64,000 nt of DNA from Stegostoma tigrinum (GCF_030684315.1 NC_081379.1:23032637-23096636); one strand, 5' to 3'. Positions 1 through 13,710 are shown, numbered from the stretch's first letter. A program made the numbers and translations. Notes: a model not told the origin generated them from the sequence alone.

Positions 1-161
1 CACAAAAATAATGGGTTAAGTGGTCAGAAGGAAGTAAACATCTGCTGACATTCTATGTGCATGAGGCATTACCACTGTAGATTGTGATTGTTTCCAGCAT
101 GAATTATTGTGAGCATGTTTGGTACTTTCTGGAGAAAAGCCAAAGAACAACTTGTACCTTA

Positions 162-518
<357 letters not shown>

Positions 519-1454
519 TTATCTGCAAGAAATAGAAAATAATTAGATTAAGAAAGTTGATTCAACGATTTTAAGCAAATATCACCTTTAAGTTGTAATT
601 TAATGTAAATACAGTATTGTTTACTTTGTACTAACCTTATAAAATATCTGCTACCAGATTAAAAATATTTTCACACGACTTAATGCACAATATGATCTAC
701 AAATTATTGCAAGTATAAGTCTACATACAAAGCAGTAATATTTAATATGTTGGCAGTTGCTGTCAAAAGAATTGACAGAATTTTACACGAACCACAGTGA
801 TAATGAACGTTCATAGTTTTCCAGTAGTGCTGGTTTACTAATATCACACATGACAATAAAAATATCTGCCCAACAGCCATTACTACTAATATTTATGTTT
901 CCTAAATGAAAGAATTAGGCATGGAATTCAATTTTTGGGTAATTTAAAAAATTATTTCCTGAAGTTAATAGTTGTTTATTAACAATAGGATTTAATGGAA
1001 CTGATGGAGGGGGAAAATGCAAGTCCCTTACACCATGCTTTATATGCAGAAATTGCAACCATTCTAACAGCTTTCTGATTTATAATTCTGCAGTAGAATG
1101 TTGTATTGGAGTAATCACAATTCTGTAGCCTTGATTGAGAACAAAACCAACTACTGTTATAGATACAAAAGCATCTTGGTAATTTCTGCATCTTGCATAA
1201 ATACTTAAAAAGATCCTTCTTTACATTATTTTTCTGGAGGAATTCAGTGGAAGGAGGGATGACAGAGGAAATTAGATAAGGCTCATTATTCATCGTCCAA
1301 GAAGTTGAAGTAGTTGTTTGGGGCTGACAAAGAGAAGAAAAGATTATATTTGGCAGCAGTGTCTTCTATTGTTTAAAAAAATCTGCTCACACGATGAAAG
1401 AGTCAGTTGGACGAAGAATCAACAGTTAGCATGTTCATGGGCCTTCTTGGGATT

Positions 1455-1753
1455 CAAATACTAGGTCGTATAGGTTTAAGGTGAGGGGGCCAAGTTTAAA
1501 GGAGATATGCGAGGCAAATTTTTATTTTTACACAGTGGGTGGTGCGTGCCTGGAATGCACTGCAAAGAAGAGTGGTTAAGCAGACACAACAGCACTGTGT
1601 AAGAGGCATTTAGACAGACACATGAACAGGCAGGGAGTAGAGGGCTAAAGACTATGTGCAGACAGATGAGAATAGTTTAGAACAGCATCATGGTCAGCAC
1701 AGACATGTTGAGGCAAAGAGCCTGTTTCAGTGTTGCACAGTTCTATGTTCTAT
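1455..1753 (+). mobile_element. CR1-type LINE 3' end
   Basis: Degenerate ORF2 C-terminus (FTQ.VV.AWNAL-like) and tail ...gttctatgttctat shared with the young copy at 30559-31600. Confidence 0.75.
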
Positions 1754-1754
1754 C

Positions 1755-2575
1755 TTCCGACATCAGGAAAGATGGACCAAAAGCAGCATTTCCCAAGTCA
1801 ATTTGTCCAGCATCATGACTGATCAATTAAAACTAGCTCGATGAGGTAAGACATGTTGTTCATAGCCTGACACCAGGCTCCTGAAGCAACTGCTCTACTC
1901 AGAACTTGCTTATAAGAACATAGGAACAGGAGTAGTCCTTTGAACTTGATCCACCATTCAATGAGACATGGCTGATCTGTGGCCTAAATTCCCACATACC
2001 TATCTTTGGTCCACATCCCATTAATACCTTTGCTTAACAAAAATGTATCTACCTCAGATTTAAAATTGGCTACTGATTTAACATCAATTACTGTCTGCAG
2101 AAGAGTTCTAAACCTCTATCACCCTCTGTGTGTCTAGACGTGCTTCCTAACACCTCTCCTGAATAGCCTGCCCCTAACTTTTAGACTACATACTCCTTGT
2201 TTGAAAATTGCCAGCCAGCGGAAATAGTTTACCTTATCTATTCTGTTGCAAAAGGAAGACTGTGGAAATGCTTTAGGCAGTCCTTAAAACACCCTTAAAG
2301 AGGTCAAACATTCCCCTCGACCTGGCTTGTGTGGGAACCAAAATAAGAAGATTCATTCAGGAAATCGCTGAACACATGCAGAAACCTTGTTGAGACGAAG
2401 TCAAGGTTTTGGGTAAAACCTCCAAACGATTCCTGCACCCCCAGGCAGTCAGTCAGTCAGTCAAACAGCACCAACTTTGCCCCACATGTAACAGACTTTG
2501 CAAATGGGTGCATTGGACTGCTTGGACATTTGAGAACCAATGGAAGTGAGTCAGCATCAGTCCCAAAGCACTGCC
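1755..2575 (+). mobile_element. Degraded RTE-clade LINE 3' portion, split by a CR1 insertion
   Basis: Translates to HVV..PDTRLLKQLLYSEL (~1850-1906) and a C-terminal CPTCNRLC...IGLLGHLRT motif (~2478-2538). Confidence 0.6.
1912..2245 (-). mobile_element. CR1-type LINE 3' end nested in the RTE fragment
   Basis: ataagaacataggaacaggagtag... is the reverse of a CR1 tail; similar to 22015-22340 and 16478 onward. Confidence 0.7.
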
Positions 2576-3086
2576 TCAGATGGAATAGTATCTAGAGGGG
2601 AGGTTGGGGGAAGGGACATTGCGGTGGAAGGAAGAAGCACCTTGAGGAAGTTTAAGGGAAAAGCACTTCAGGAAGGAGAAGGAAACCTCAAGCAGGAGGG
2701 GGATGGAGGACGAATCACCTCGAGGAAGGGGAGGGAAACACATCCTCAGAGGGCGGGTGTGGAGAAGAGGAGCACCCCCAACGGACGTGTTTGGTCATGG
2801 TGGGGGGGGACGGGGGGGACGGCTGCATTTCAAAACCTCAAAGCACCCACGCCCCCCTCCGCATCCCACTGAGCCGAAATTTGCCCCATATTGAATAAGC
2901 AATGAATCATTCATTTGTTAGCACCAGGGTTCCAAGCCCAAGATATATCGCGGCGGCAAGAAGTGGCATGATGGGAATACGCTGGACAAATAATTTTAGG
3001 TATGAAGTCCTAGAATCAAGTTTCACCGACTCCAAAGGTGCGCCTGATGAGGTTGATTCAAACTTCGTCACTGAGCCTGTACCTAC

Positions 3087-3483
3087 CTGCGATTGACCGT
3101 TAGCTTCACTCCGGCTGTTGACTACGTGCTGTCATGGACGCACGTAACGTAACTGTAACGTCATCGTGCGTTTACGTACCTGCTCGTCATAAGACGTAAG
3201 GACTGTGCCAGGCAAACTAACAACAAACACGAGACTTTACCGTTCAAACATAATAAAAACAGTATTATAAGAAAAGTAGTGAATAATTAAACGGTGGTGA
3301 GAGATGGAAACCGAATTAAATGTGTGGGAAGAACTTTTATGTTATGTGCATATCCCATTTCCCCCCCCCCATGAAGAGGTGGATGGTGCGGGCCGTAGCC
3401 GCCATCTTGTTTAGCCCGAGTTTTGTTCGCGGAACGGCTGGGGTGGGGGATTGCACTTCTAAACCCTGTTCGGTGCCGAAGCC
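3087..3483. promoter_or_regulatory. Bidirectional CpG-rich promoter of CCDC157/SF3A1, with a putative non-coding CCDC157 exon 1 ending at 3087
   Basis: CpG enrichment; minus-strand donor GCAG|gtaggt at 3086; cluster of ACGT/CGTCA motifs 3124-3198; YY1-type GCCGCCATCTTG at 3398-3409. Confidence 0.7.
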
Positions 3484-3537
3484 ATGCCGGCCGGACCTGT
3501 ACAGGCGTTGCCGCCACCTCAGACTGAAAATAACCAG
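3484..3537 (+). CDS. SF3A1: Splicing factor 3A subunit 1, exon 1
   Basis: gccATG; MPAGPVQALPPPQTENNQ; donor CAG|gtgggt. Confidence 0.93.
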
Positions 3538-3809
3538 GTGGGTTTTAAAACAGAAAGAGGTTTCAAAAAAAAACCTTGGCCCGGTGTGGTGCCCCCCCCC
3601 CCCCCCCATCCATGCCAGAATAAGAGAAAACTGAGGCCTCCAAACCGCAGGCTCTGGGCCTGGAACTCGCATATTGGTCTTGGATCCCCGGATTCCGAGC
3701 TCGTGGCTATTATCCTTTCTCCAGGCTGTATTATCTGTTGGTTATGCAAGCTGAGTCCTGGAAAAATCTGTCAGGCGCACGATCAAATAATTCACACAAA
3801 ATTAAATGC

Positions 3810-3932
3810 GAAAGAACTGTGGATGTTGTAAATCGGGGACAAAAACAAAGTTGCTGCAAAAGCTCAGCGGGTTTGGCAGCATCTGTGAAGGAAAAAAAGC
3901 GTTAATGTTTCTGATCCGGTGACTCTTCCTCC
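3810..3932 (-). mobile_element. PLE family 2 3'-end fragment with decayed hammerhead motif
   Basis: Reverse complement resembles the right arm and tail of the element at 23326-23555. Confidence 0.55.
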
Positions 3933-5149
3933 AAATGTGTGTAAATAATCCACACGTTGGCGGAATGTTAGTCTGATTTATCACAAGTGTCCGGTCGTTC
4001 AGAGGCAACAAGGGCTGTGTTTATCATGCATTAAAATCGGCCGTGTTGTCAGCCTGCAATCCGGATGGTTATACGTTACTTAAATAAATCCCTTCGTCCA
4101 GCCTGCACACATTCGTAAACAGTTGATAATGGGAAATACGATACTTTGAAGTGCTGAATATTGTAAAACAGCTTATGTTAAAAGACTTTAGTATTACAAC
4201 TATTACTGATTACTTTTATAGCATTATGGTATTGTCATTAAAGTAGGTGCGGATAAAAGTTTATCTGTCAGTTGGACGGAGAAGATGGAGGTGAACAAAG
4301 TACACTACAGGGCACCTAAATTGTAGTCAAATTGTATATTCTCGAGTTCATATGGTCCAGATGTGCTCGATCCCAGTACAACAGTAAATAATTAGCATGG
4401 ATCTTTACGGAACTAACAAGTTTTCATTTGCCCAATACAGTATAGGTAGAAAAACTGAAAAGAATGCACGTGTTCCAAGTCCAAAAATCTTAGGCAAAAA
4501 AATCCAAAAAGTAATATTGTTTGCTTTGCGGAGGGGTGATGGCAATTTATGATGAGTTAAAATTGTGCAGTCTACCATCACAAAGCACTGAAATATACTT
4601 TGCTGCTTGCCCAGGTAGACCACCTTTGTAGCATATTGACTGTAATGATATCTTCAGCTAACTAGGGAGAATTCTGTACCCCTTTGGCAGCTGTAATCCA
4701 TCAATGAGACAGATTAGCATAGTGCTTTGGAGTGCTGTGCACTTGTCTGGTTTTAGTTTTTGCAGTATTTGAAAATGTTGTTCTCAGATATGTGATTTTG
4801 GAGCTGTATTAACCTGTTTACTCCAGTCCAGACCCCAGCATGATGATTGGACAACTGGTATGTCAAAACAGTTGGGGAGGTAGCGACTTCCTATAATTTA
4901 CCTCAACGGCTTGGTCATCAGCATAAATTGTGCTGAAGTATATGTGCTGTTGCCATCCTAACATAGCATGAGTGTTTTTATTTCAACGAATGATGTGTTT
5001 TGGCGGTTAATTGGAACAAAAGTGTCATTTCTACAATCTGATTCTGTCATCTGCAGACATGAACTTATGATTATGATAATTTTTAAAGTCATTAAGCTGC
5101 TTAAAGATGATTAAGAATTTAGTGACACTTGTTTAATTTTCTTTTAAAG

Positions 5150-5262
5150 TTGCCAGAAGAAACAAAAGATGAATCTGCAACATCCAAACCCATTGTTGGT
5201 ATTATTTATCCTCCTCCTGAAGTCAGAAACATCGTAGATAAGACTGCAAGTTTTGTAGCGAG
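5150..5262 (+). CDS. SF3A1: SF3A1 exon 2 (start of SURP1)
   Basis: LPEETKDESATSKPIVGIIYPPPEVRNIVDKTASFVAR; ag/gt boundaries. Confidence 0.95.
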
Positions 5263-5350
5263 GTGAGTGCTAAATTCCAACAACTGCATGTTGTATTTGC
5301 TATACTAAACCCTTTGAGTTTAAAAGTGCAAATCATTTTGCTTTGATTAG

Positions 5351-5552
5351 GAATGGTCCTGAATTTGAAGCTCGAATCCGTCAAAATGAGATAAACAACT
5401 CCAAGTTTAACTTCTTGAATCCAAATGATCCTTACCATGCATATTACCGGCACAAGGTTAATGAGTTCAAGGAGGGGAAAGGACAAGAACCTTCAGCTGC
5501 TATACCGAAGGTTATGCAGCAGCAGCAGCAGCAACAACAGCTGCCGCAGAAG
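5351..5552 (+). CDS. SF3A1: SF3A1 exon 3 (SURP1 and Q8 tract)
   Basis: NGPEFEARIRQNEINNSKFNFLNPNDPYHAYYRHKV...QQQQQQQQLPQK; follows an 88-bp intron. Confidence 0.97.
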
Positions 5553-6039
5553 GTGAGTAATTTGACGGTAATGATAGTTTGTAATTATGTAAATACTTCT
5601 TAACAGATAAATGTCTTGAAACATTTCACATGAGTATTAATAAATGAAATTTGACACTGAATATTCTGAGTAAATATCAGGATGGCTAATCGACAACTTG
5701 ATCAAAAAGGAGGATTTTGGGGAGCATCTCAAGGGAAAAGAGAGCATTTAAGGCAGTGGCTTACAGAGGGAATTCCATACTTATAGCCTTAGCAATGAAA
5801 ACATGGCTGTGGAAGGTGGAGTAATTAAGATTAGGAAAAGGAGGACAGAATTGAAGACACAGATTTTGGAGGGTGTAATGCTGTTAGAATCCTCTGAAAT
5901 GGGAGGGGTGACTCCATGAAGTTATGGTGTAAATTTTATATGAAAACTAAAAATGCCGTAATTACTCAACAACACTGGCAGTATCTATGGAGAAGGAAGA
6001 AAGATTTAACATTTCAGTTCTGACTTTGAACCACCAAAT

Positions 6040-7998
6040 TTTTATTACAATGGAGAGTGCAGGAGGGCATGCCATAAGCAGCACCAGGCATACCTAAAAA
6101 TGAGGTGTCAACCTGGCAAAGCTACCAAACAGCATGAGCAGCAAGTGATAGACAGAGTTTTGTGACCCCGCAATCAATATATTAGATCTAAGCTCTGAAA
6201 TCCTGCCACTTGACATCATGAATTGAGATGGACAACCAAACAACTCACTGGAGGTGGAAGCTCCATGAATATCCCCATCCTCAATGATGGAACAGCCCAG
6301 CACGTCCGTGCAAAAGATAAGGCTAAAGCATTCACAGCAGTCTTTAGCCAGAAGTGACAAGTGGATGATCTGTCTCGGTTTCCTTCAGTGCCCCCTAGTA
6401 TCACAGATGCCAGTCTTCAGCCAATTTGATTCACTCCACATGATATCAAGAAACAGTTAGAGGCCATGGCTACTGCAAAGACTTAGGGCGCTGACAACAT
6501 TCCAGCAACAGTACAGAAGACTTGTGCTCCAGAGCCTTCCACTCGCCCAGCCAGGATGTTCCAGTACAGCCAAAGCACTGGTATTGCTGATAATGTGGAA
6601 AATTGCCCAGGTATGTTCTGTACAAAAATCAGGGCAAAATCAAACAAGCAATTACCTACCTACTTTTGATCATCAGTAAAGTGATGAAATGTGTCATCAC
6701 CAGTGCTATCAAGCAGCACCTGTTTGGAAATAATCCACTCACTGATGTCCAGTTTGGATTCTGCCAGGGCCATTCGATTCCTGACTTCATTAGAGCATTG
6801 GTTCAAACGTGGACAAAAGTGTTGAATTCCAGAGATGAGGTGAGGGTGACAGCCCTTGACATCAAGGCCGTGTATGACCTAGTGTAGTATCTAGGAGACC
6901 TAACAAAACTGGAATCATTGGGAATCGGGGGGGCAAACTCACTGCTGGTTGGAGTCACACTTGACACATAAAAAGATGGTTGTAGTTTTTTTTTAAGAGG
7001 TCAGTCATCTTAGTTCCATGAGATCCTCAGGGCAGTGTCCTAGGCCCAAGTACCTTCAGCTGCTTCATCAATGACCTTCTCTCCATCATAAGGTCAGAAG
7101 TGGGGATGTTTGCTGATGGTTGCATAATGTTCAGCACCATTCCGGACTCCTTAGGTACTGAAGGACATTGATAATAGGTGTTCTGTTGATGGTAACACCG
7201 CTGAATGTCAAGCAGTTTAGTTAGATTGTCTCCTATTAGAATTGGTCATTGCTTGGCATTTGTGTGGCATGAATGTTACTTGTCATTTGTCAGCCCAATC
7301 CTGGATACTGTCCAGACCTCGTTGCACTTGTTCAAAAACACCCACTATCAATGTCCTATGGGTTACCATTGACTAGAAGTTGAATTGGACTCACCATATG
7401 ATCGCAGTGTTACAAGAGCAGGTCAGAGGCAAGGAACACTGCGGTGAGTAACTCGCCTGACTCCCCAGAGTTTGTCCACCATCGACAAAGCTCAAGTCGG
7501 GTGTAATGGAATACTCCCCACTTGATGTACTAATGACATTTATGAAGCTTGACATCATCAAGGACAAAGCAGCCAACTTGATTGACAGCATAACCACAAA
7601 CATCCACTCCCCCCTCCACCAGTGCTTCGTAGTAGTAATATTAATATCTACAAGATGCACTGCAGAAATTCACTAAAGATCCTCAGACATCAGTTTCTAA
7701 ACTTGCAACCACATCCTTCTGAAAGGACAAGGGTAGCAGATACATGGGAACACCACTGCCTCCAAGTTCCCCTCCAAGCCACTCACCATCATGGCTTGGA
7801 AATATATCGCTGTTCCTTCAGTGTTGCTGCATCAGAATCTTGGCATTCCCTCCCTAATGGCATTGTCAGTCTACCTACAAAACATGGGCTGCACCAGTTG
7901 AAGAAGGCAGCTCACCACCACCTTCTTGATGGTATTTGGGGTCAGGTAATAAAAGTTAAGACAGCCAGTGACACCCATGTCCCGCAAATGGATAAATA
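6040..7998 (+). mobile_element. Degraded CR1/L2-group LINE (RT region to 3' end) with an internal inversion
   Basis: QFGFCQGHS...ALDIKAVYDLV, PQGSVLGP..F..FINDL and MFAD motifs with stops and frameshifts. Confidence 0.8.
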
Positions 7999-8009
7999 AA
8001 CAATAAAAT

Positions 8010-8450
8010 AATTGAGGCATAGACAGTGTTGGAGGTATACAAATTAACTGGGGTAGGGATAATCCACAAATTGGGCAGTGTGATTTTAGACAAGCTCCAG
8101 TATAGTGGAAAATGGGAGACCAACCAGGAGAGCATGGACTGATTAAGTCAAGATGGAACAGGCATGGATTGTGGCTGGAGTGGAGATGGGCACTGTTATA
8201 TACAGTTTGGGTGGTGGGCCAGAAGCTTATCTGTGGACCAGATGCAATACCAGTGTTGTGTGTGTGGTCTGGTAGGCTCTGAGGGTCACATGGAGAAGAT
8301 GGAGGCAATAAATAGATAAGAGTCTGTGTGAGGGTTTGGAGATAACACCTTTTTATCTTTCCAACATTTAGTTGAAGGAAATTTCTCCTTGTCCAGCACT
8401 GGATGTCAGACAAAGGGGCTGGATAATTTACGGACAGTAGAGGGATCAAA
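8010..8450 (-). mobile_element. L2-type LINE fragment
   Basis: LSDIQCWTRRNFLQLNVGK motif in ORF 7871..8449. Confidence 0.55.
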
Positions 8451-8666
8451 AGAGGAAATAAGCGGAAATTTTTTTAATATAGGCGAAAGTTCACAAACAA
8501 CATTGATGTTATCACAAATCTTTGAATGTGTTTTCTTTCCTTTTTAAGTTGCAGCATTGAATAAATTATATGTTTTTAATATCTCTTAGCTAAATAAAGA
8601 TCTTTTAAATCTTGTTTGTGAAATTATAAATTGAGAATTTATTTTCTTTCCTGTCTATATGAATAG

Positions 8667-8924
8667 GTGCAAGCACAGGTAATTCAGGAAACAATTGTTC
8701 CAAAGGAACCTCCACCCGAATTTGAGTTCATTGCTGATCCCCCATCAATCTCTGCCTTTGATTTGGATGTTGTGAAGTTAACTGCTCAATTTGTTGCAAG
8801 AAACGGCCGACAGTTTTTGACTCAGCTGATGCAGAAAGAACAACGTAACTATCAATTTGACTTTCTGCGACCACAGCACAGTCTGTTCAACTATTTCACC
8901 AAACTTGTGGAGCAGTACACCAAG
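8667..8924 (+). CDS. SF3A1: SF3A1 exon 4 (SURP2)
   Basis: VQAQVIQETIVPKEPPPEFEFIADPPSISAFDLDVVKLTAQFVARNG...VEQYTK; ag/gt boundaries. Confidence 0.97.
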
Positions 8925-9039
8925 GTATTTAAAGGTCAAGGATAGAATCTGTCCTATGTAAGTGTGTAATTGTTGAGTACTGTGGATCAAGCTGAAATTG
9001 TGTTCTTGCATATTGAAAGTGGTTGTGAGGTAGTTGATG

Positions 9040-10510
9040 TGTTGCTTTTAATTTTCCAAAATTCCCTAAATTTTGGGAAAGGTTCCATTTGGTTGGAACG
9101 TAATGATGTAACTCCTTCAATCAAAAAGAGTAGGAGGCAGAAAGCTGGAACGAGGCCAATTAGCTTAACAGCTGTCACAAGGAAAATGTTAGAAAGTATT
9201 GTTTGTTTCAGGGCACATTTGAAGAAAAATGATTTGATCAGGCAGATCAACATGGTTTGTTTTACCAATATATCAGATTTCTTTGAAACAGTAATGTATT
9301 CTGGATAAAGGAGAATTGGTGAATACGGTACATAGAAGGCATTTGATAAGCCCAAAGGTTATTGTGGAAGATAAAACTTACTGGTGTAATTAGCATGAAT
9401 AAAAGATTGTCTACTATTGGGGAAACAAAATAGGTGTCAGTGAGTCATTTTCTGATTAGCAAAATGTAATGAGTGGCATGCCACAAACATTGGTGCTGGA
9501 GCCTCCACTTCTACGTTTTATATAAATGACTTGTATAGAAGGACCAAATGTTTGGTACTAAATTTGCTGACTTTTTTTTATTCATTAACGGGATGAGGAC
9601 ATTGGCTTAGCAGCATTTATTGCCTATCCCTAATCGCCCAGAGGGCAATCTAGAGTCAACCACAGTGCTGTGGATCTGGAGTCACATGTAGGAGACATAG
9701 GAAAGTAAGTTGTGGAAAAAGACAGAAAGATGCTATAAGTAAGTGAGTAGTCAAAGATTTGGCACATGGCATATAACATGGACAATGTGCAATTGTCGTT
9801 TTGACATGAAGAATAAAATGTATTTTCTGAATGGTGAGAGATTGCGGACCTCTGAGATTGCAGAGGGATTTGGATGTCCTCTGAACAAATTGCAGAAGAA
9901 AAGTTAGTTCACAGGTACAGCAAATAATAAGAATGGTAGTAGAATGCTGTTGTTCGTTAAGAGGATAATTGAACACACAAGTAGGGAAATTATGCTTCAG
10001 TTGTGAGGGGCATTGGTGAGAGCACATCTGGAGTACTATATAGGTTTTGGAGAAGGATGAAAACACACTGGAAGCAATCCAGAGAACATTTACTAGACTA
10101 ATAACTGGAATAGTTGCATTGTGTTATAAGGTAATGTTGGGCAGACTAGGCTTGTATTTGCTGGAAAGATGAGTAAGAGGCAACATTATTGAAACAGTTA
10201 GCATCCTGAGGGGTCTTAACAATTGGACTATAGAGAGGATGTTTTTCCTGGGGAAAATCGAGAACTCTGGTACCTCACTTAAAACTAAACGGTCAACTGT
10301 TTAAGGCAGAGATGAAGATTTTATTTCTCAAGAGGGCTAAGTCTTTGGAACTAATCTTCGAAAGGTGGTGAAAGCAGAGTTTTTGAAATTTTTTTAAGAC
10401 AGTTGTAGAGATATTCTTGGTAAGAATGGGATTAAAGGTTACTGGAGACGGTGGGAATTTGAAGTTGCAATCAAAGCAGCCATGGCTCAAGTTTCCTGCA
10501 CCTAATTTGT
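9040..10510 (+). mobile_element. Degraded CR1 LINE ORF2 fragments with a SINE tail inserted at ~9572-9692 (minus)
   Basis: RPISLTAVTRKMLESIV, KAFDK and KFAD remnants. Confidence 0.7.
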
Positions 10511-10535
10511 GTACACATGATAGGATTGACTGTTA

Positions 10536-10640
10536 GGTCTCTTATGGTGCAGCAGTGATGCCTCTGATTCTGAGCCAGGAGGCCGAGGTTCAAATCCCAC
10601 CTGTTCTGGAGACTTATAATAACATCTCTGAACAGGTTGG
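10536..10640 (+). mobile_element. tRNA-derived SINE head
   Basis: A-box-like tggtgcagcagtg and B-box ggttcaaatccc; related to 26622-26705 (+) and 27195-27281 (-). Confidence 0.5.
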
Positions 10641-13600
10641 TATTAAGAAAGTAACTAGGATTAACTATTAAAGTTCAGTGCTGTAAATGGAACATGCAGC
10701 ATCTACGTGTCTGCAATTGTGCGGTATTTCTTATTTGCGGAAGCAAATGTTACAGATTTTATGATGCCAAGTGTTTGTAATGGTCATTGAATGCATTTGG
10801 GCTGTAATCCAATTCTTTCTTTTCCTGTGACCATTATAAATGTTTGGTTGATCAGGGAAATCTGTTGCATCTCAAATAAATTCTCCTATTTCTATTTTAT
10901 GATCCTTGTAGAGGACTTTTTAGAAAGAGATATGAATTTCCTAATGACTGACTCAGAGAATCTCAGGAAAAGACTTCATGTTTTAAGACTTCTGTTGTGA
11001 CAAACACACTAAAGTCAATGTCGATTGAACATTACTTAGTGGACAACTAATACACAAGAGAGGTTATTTCACTATCAGTTAGTTAACACAATAGAGCCAC
11101 TGTATGCTATCAACAAATATGTAGCTTTGTAGATTCTAGTCTAAATCCCTCCTGGTATTTTAGCAGGCTGTCCTGTCCCTGCCACATCAAAGTAAGTTTG
11201 TCACTGTCATTTTTTGAAGTTACTTCACTCAATCTTCTGAGTATGCATGAATAAAACCCACTTTGGTGACTTCTTGATTATTTTCCTTTTCCTCCAGGGT
11301 TAAGGCCAATTATCTTTGTGTGCAGGATTTAAAATGTGCACCTTATTTTCAATATCCTTTAATTTTACTCCTATCCCTGGCAGCCAGGCAGATTTCATAG
11401 ACCCTCTCCAAACTCCTCCACTTTTCCCTAACTTAAAGGAAACTGTTTAAAACATAACCATCTTGTATAGTCTTATATTTGAAACAATTTCAGATATCTT
11501 AGATGTCTACATTAAATTTAATGACTTCAGGGAACGTCTCCCAGCTTCAGTGTTTCTGACTTATTTTCTAAATGTTGAGTGCATAAGTGAATGCATACAA
11601 ATGGCATGCAGAATGTTGGTTCTAATTCTATACGGTTGTATTTTTGGAAAAATCTGTAAATCATGAGATTTTGCTTTGTTGGTATAAAGTGAAGGATTTT
11701 ATGATGTATGCAAATCGTTATGGCTTTTAGAACTCATCACTTCCAATTTAATAACGTTTTTAAATGATAACTTGGTTGCACACTGAAAATGTTTGAGCTT
11801 CAGATAGGACGCACAAGATTTATCACCAGTAGTACACTGTTAACTCTGAAGATGTTTTGCGATAGTACTGTAGCTCTTTCTTAGTCAAACGTTCCAGCAG
11901 AGAGACCTGCTGAGATTGTGCTGAATTCCGAAACACTGATGCTGGTATTGAAGAAATGATAAATAAAAATGTTACCTAAATGCTCGTTACAGAAGGCAGT
12001 CACACTGCTTAGGCTAACTGTTTTGTTCTGTGATCTGGGCATGAAGGGTGTAGCTCTGCCTGGGGCAGATATTGCAATGAAGAAGGTAAACCTGGGGGGA
12101 CCTCAACCTTCGGAATTGTCCGACAGGTTCAAGATTCTTTTTTGACTGAATGTGGGTGAGAGGCTGCAGGTTGGCTGACTGGACTAACCAGATACCCATA
12201 GTATAGGAAGCTATTCAAGCAGGGATCATTGGGTGTGGGGTCTTAAATAAAAATATAGTGGTTGTAGAGGAACGTATAATTAGTTGGATAAACATGGTTC
12301 TTCACAGCCAAGAATGAGAATCCAGGCAGCTATGTGTCACCCATCTAGCCACAAGCTATCCTGACTTGGAACTGTATTGCTGTTCCTTTTGTATCACTAG
12401 GTTAGAATCCTGGAACTCCTTTCCTGACAACACTGAGTGTTTCTACACCTCAAAGACTGCAGTAGTTTGAGGCAGCTCAGCATCACCTTCTCCAAGCTAA
12501 CCAGGGCTGTGCAACATTGTTGGCCTATCCAGTAACACCCACATCAACAAGTTCAAACTAAATTCCTGTGAATTTGTTGTGCATAGCAGACTCGTGAAGG
12601 TTATTAACCAGCTCAAATCTGTTATATTTACTGTCAGCTTCAGTTTAACTTATTTTTCACAAACATGATTTTGTACAACTGTCTTGAAGTTCAGTGGAGC
12701 ATGTATTTAGTAATTGTGTTTAAGTTTTGATGGTTTTTTTCTCCCAAATCTCTGTGACAACCTTTTCCTTGGAAACACTACCGTAGGGAAAATTTGTAGT
12801 TGCTTTGAAATTAATTATCAGGGGATTTGTACTTTTTTTGAAAATAATTTAAGAGTTTGCATAAGTTGTAAAGGAATCAATGGTAATTTTCCTGGATAAT
12901 AAACATTGGTTCATATGTCTTGGGGAGCCTGGACCTGAAAGTTATATCCACAGGATGAAAGAAGAAAGCAGTAATGCTGATGGCAGAAAAGTCTTTGACA
13001 GGAAGGGACAGAGGAGCTTTTGGATATTGTGTGAGAACTTGCTAAAACAAGAAGTGACAAAGCCAGGAACCTGAGGTATTAATTGGTTGATTAAAAAGGA
13101 ACTCTTTTAAAAAGTTACACCATTTGTCCTGTTGTGATAGTGAGAATGTTTCAAGAAGAATGCTTTGCTAATGATAATAGTATCTGTGAAGCTCAAAGAT
13201 AAACGCCTTTGTCAAATAGGTGCTCTAACCTAGCCTGTGCAATTAAAAAGCAGCAATTGTGGAACCGATTTGGTATGTAGTGCCACTACATCAAGCAAGG
13301 ATGCGACCATGTTTGTGATTGTGTCACAGATATCTTTGCCTGTTTAAAATGACATTTACTTTTCAGCTTGAAATATCATTTGCATTTTAATTTGAGTAAT
13401 TTGAGTTGGTTCTGATTTATTTTAAAGTGAAAGTGACAAAAAGTGGAATCTGTTGATTTTTTTTTCTTTTGGCGTTAATTGTTATTTGGCAAATTATTTT
13501 TGGTTTACAGTTCCCCTAAGGAGGTTGAACATATGAGGGACAACAAATATGTAATTTGAGTAAAGTGTTGCAGAAGACAGTCTTCACGAATCTAAGATGA

Positions 13601-13678
13601 TTTAAACAAAAGCATAGATAATAAAGTGTGAAGCTGGAGGAACACAGCAGGCCAAGCAGCATCTCGGGAGCACAAAAG

Positions 13679-13710
13679 CTGACGTTTCGGGCCTAGACCC
13701 TTCATCAGAG
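13679..13710 (-). ncRNA. Minimal type I hammerhead ribozyme motif (PLE A inverted arm)
   Basis: Reverse complement ct-CTGATGA-a-gggtctaggccc-GAAA-cGTC-ag. Confidence 0.75.

Noticed and set aside
2540-3831. Overlapping 60-115 aa ORFs around the promoter
   Set aside because: Expected by-products of GC-rich sequence; only the first 18 codons from 3484 belong to SF3A1
5517-5540. CAG/CAA poly-Q tract as an expansion
   Set aside because: Only Q8, at a position that is Q-rich in vertebrate SF3A1
12753-13545. Possible solo LTR (TGT...ACA, ~790 bp)
   Set aside because: No matching TSD, PBS/PPT or second copy in the window
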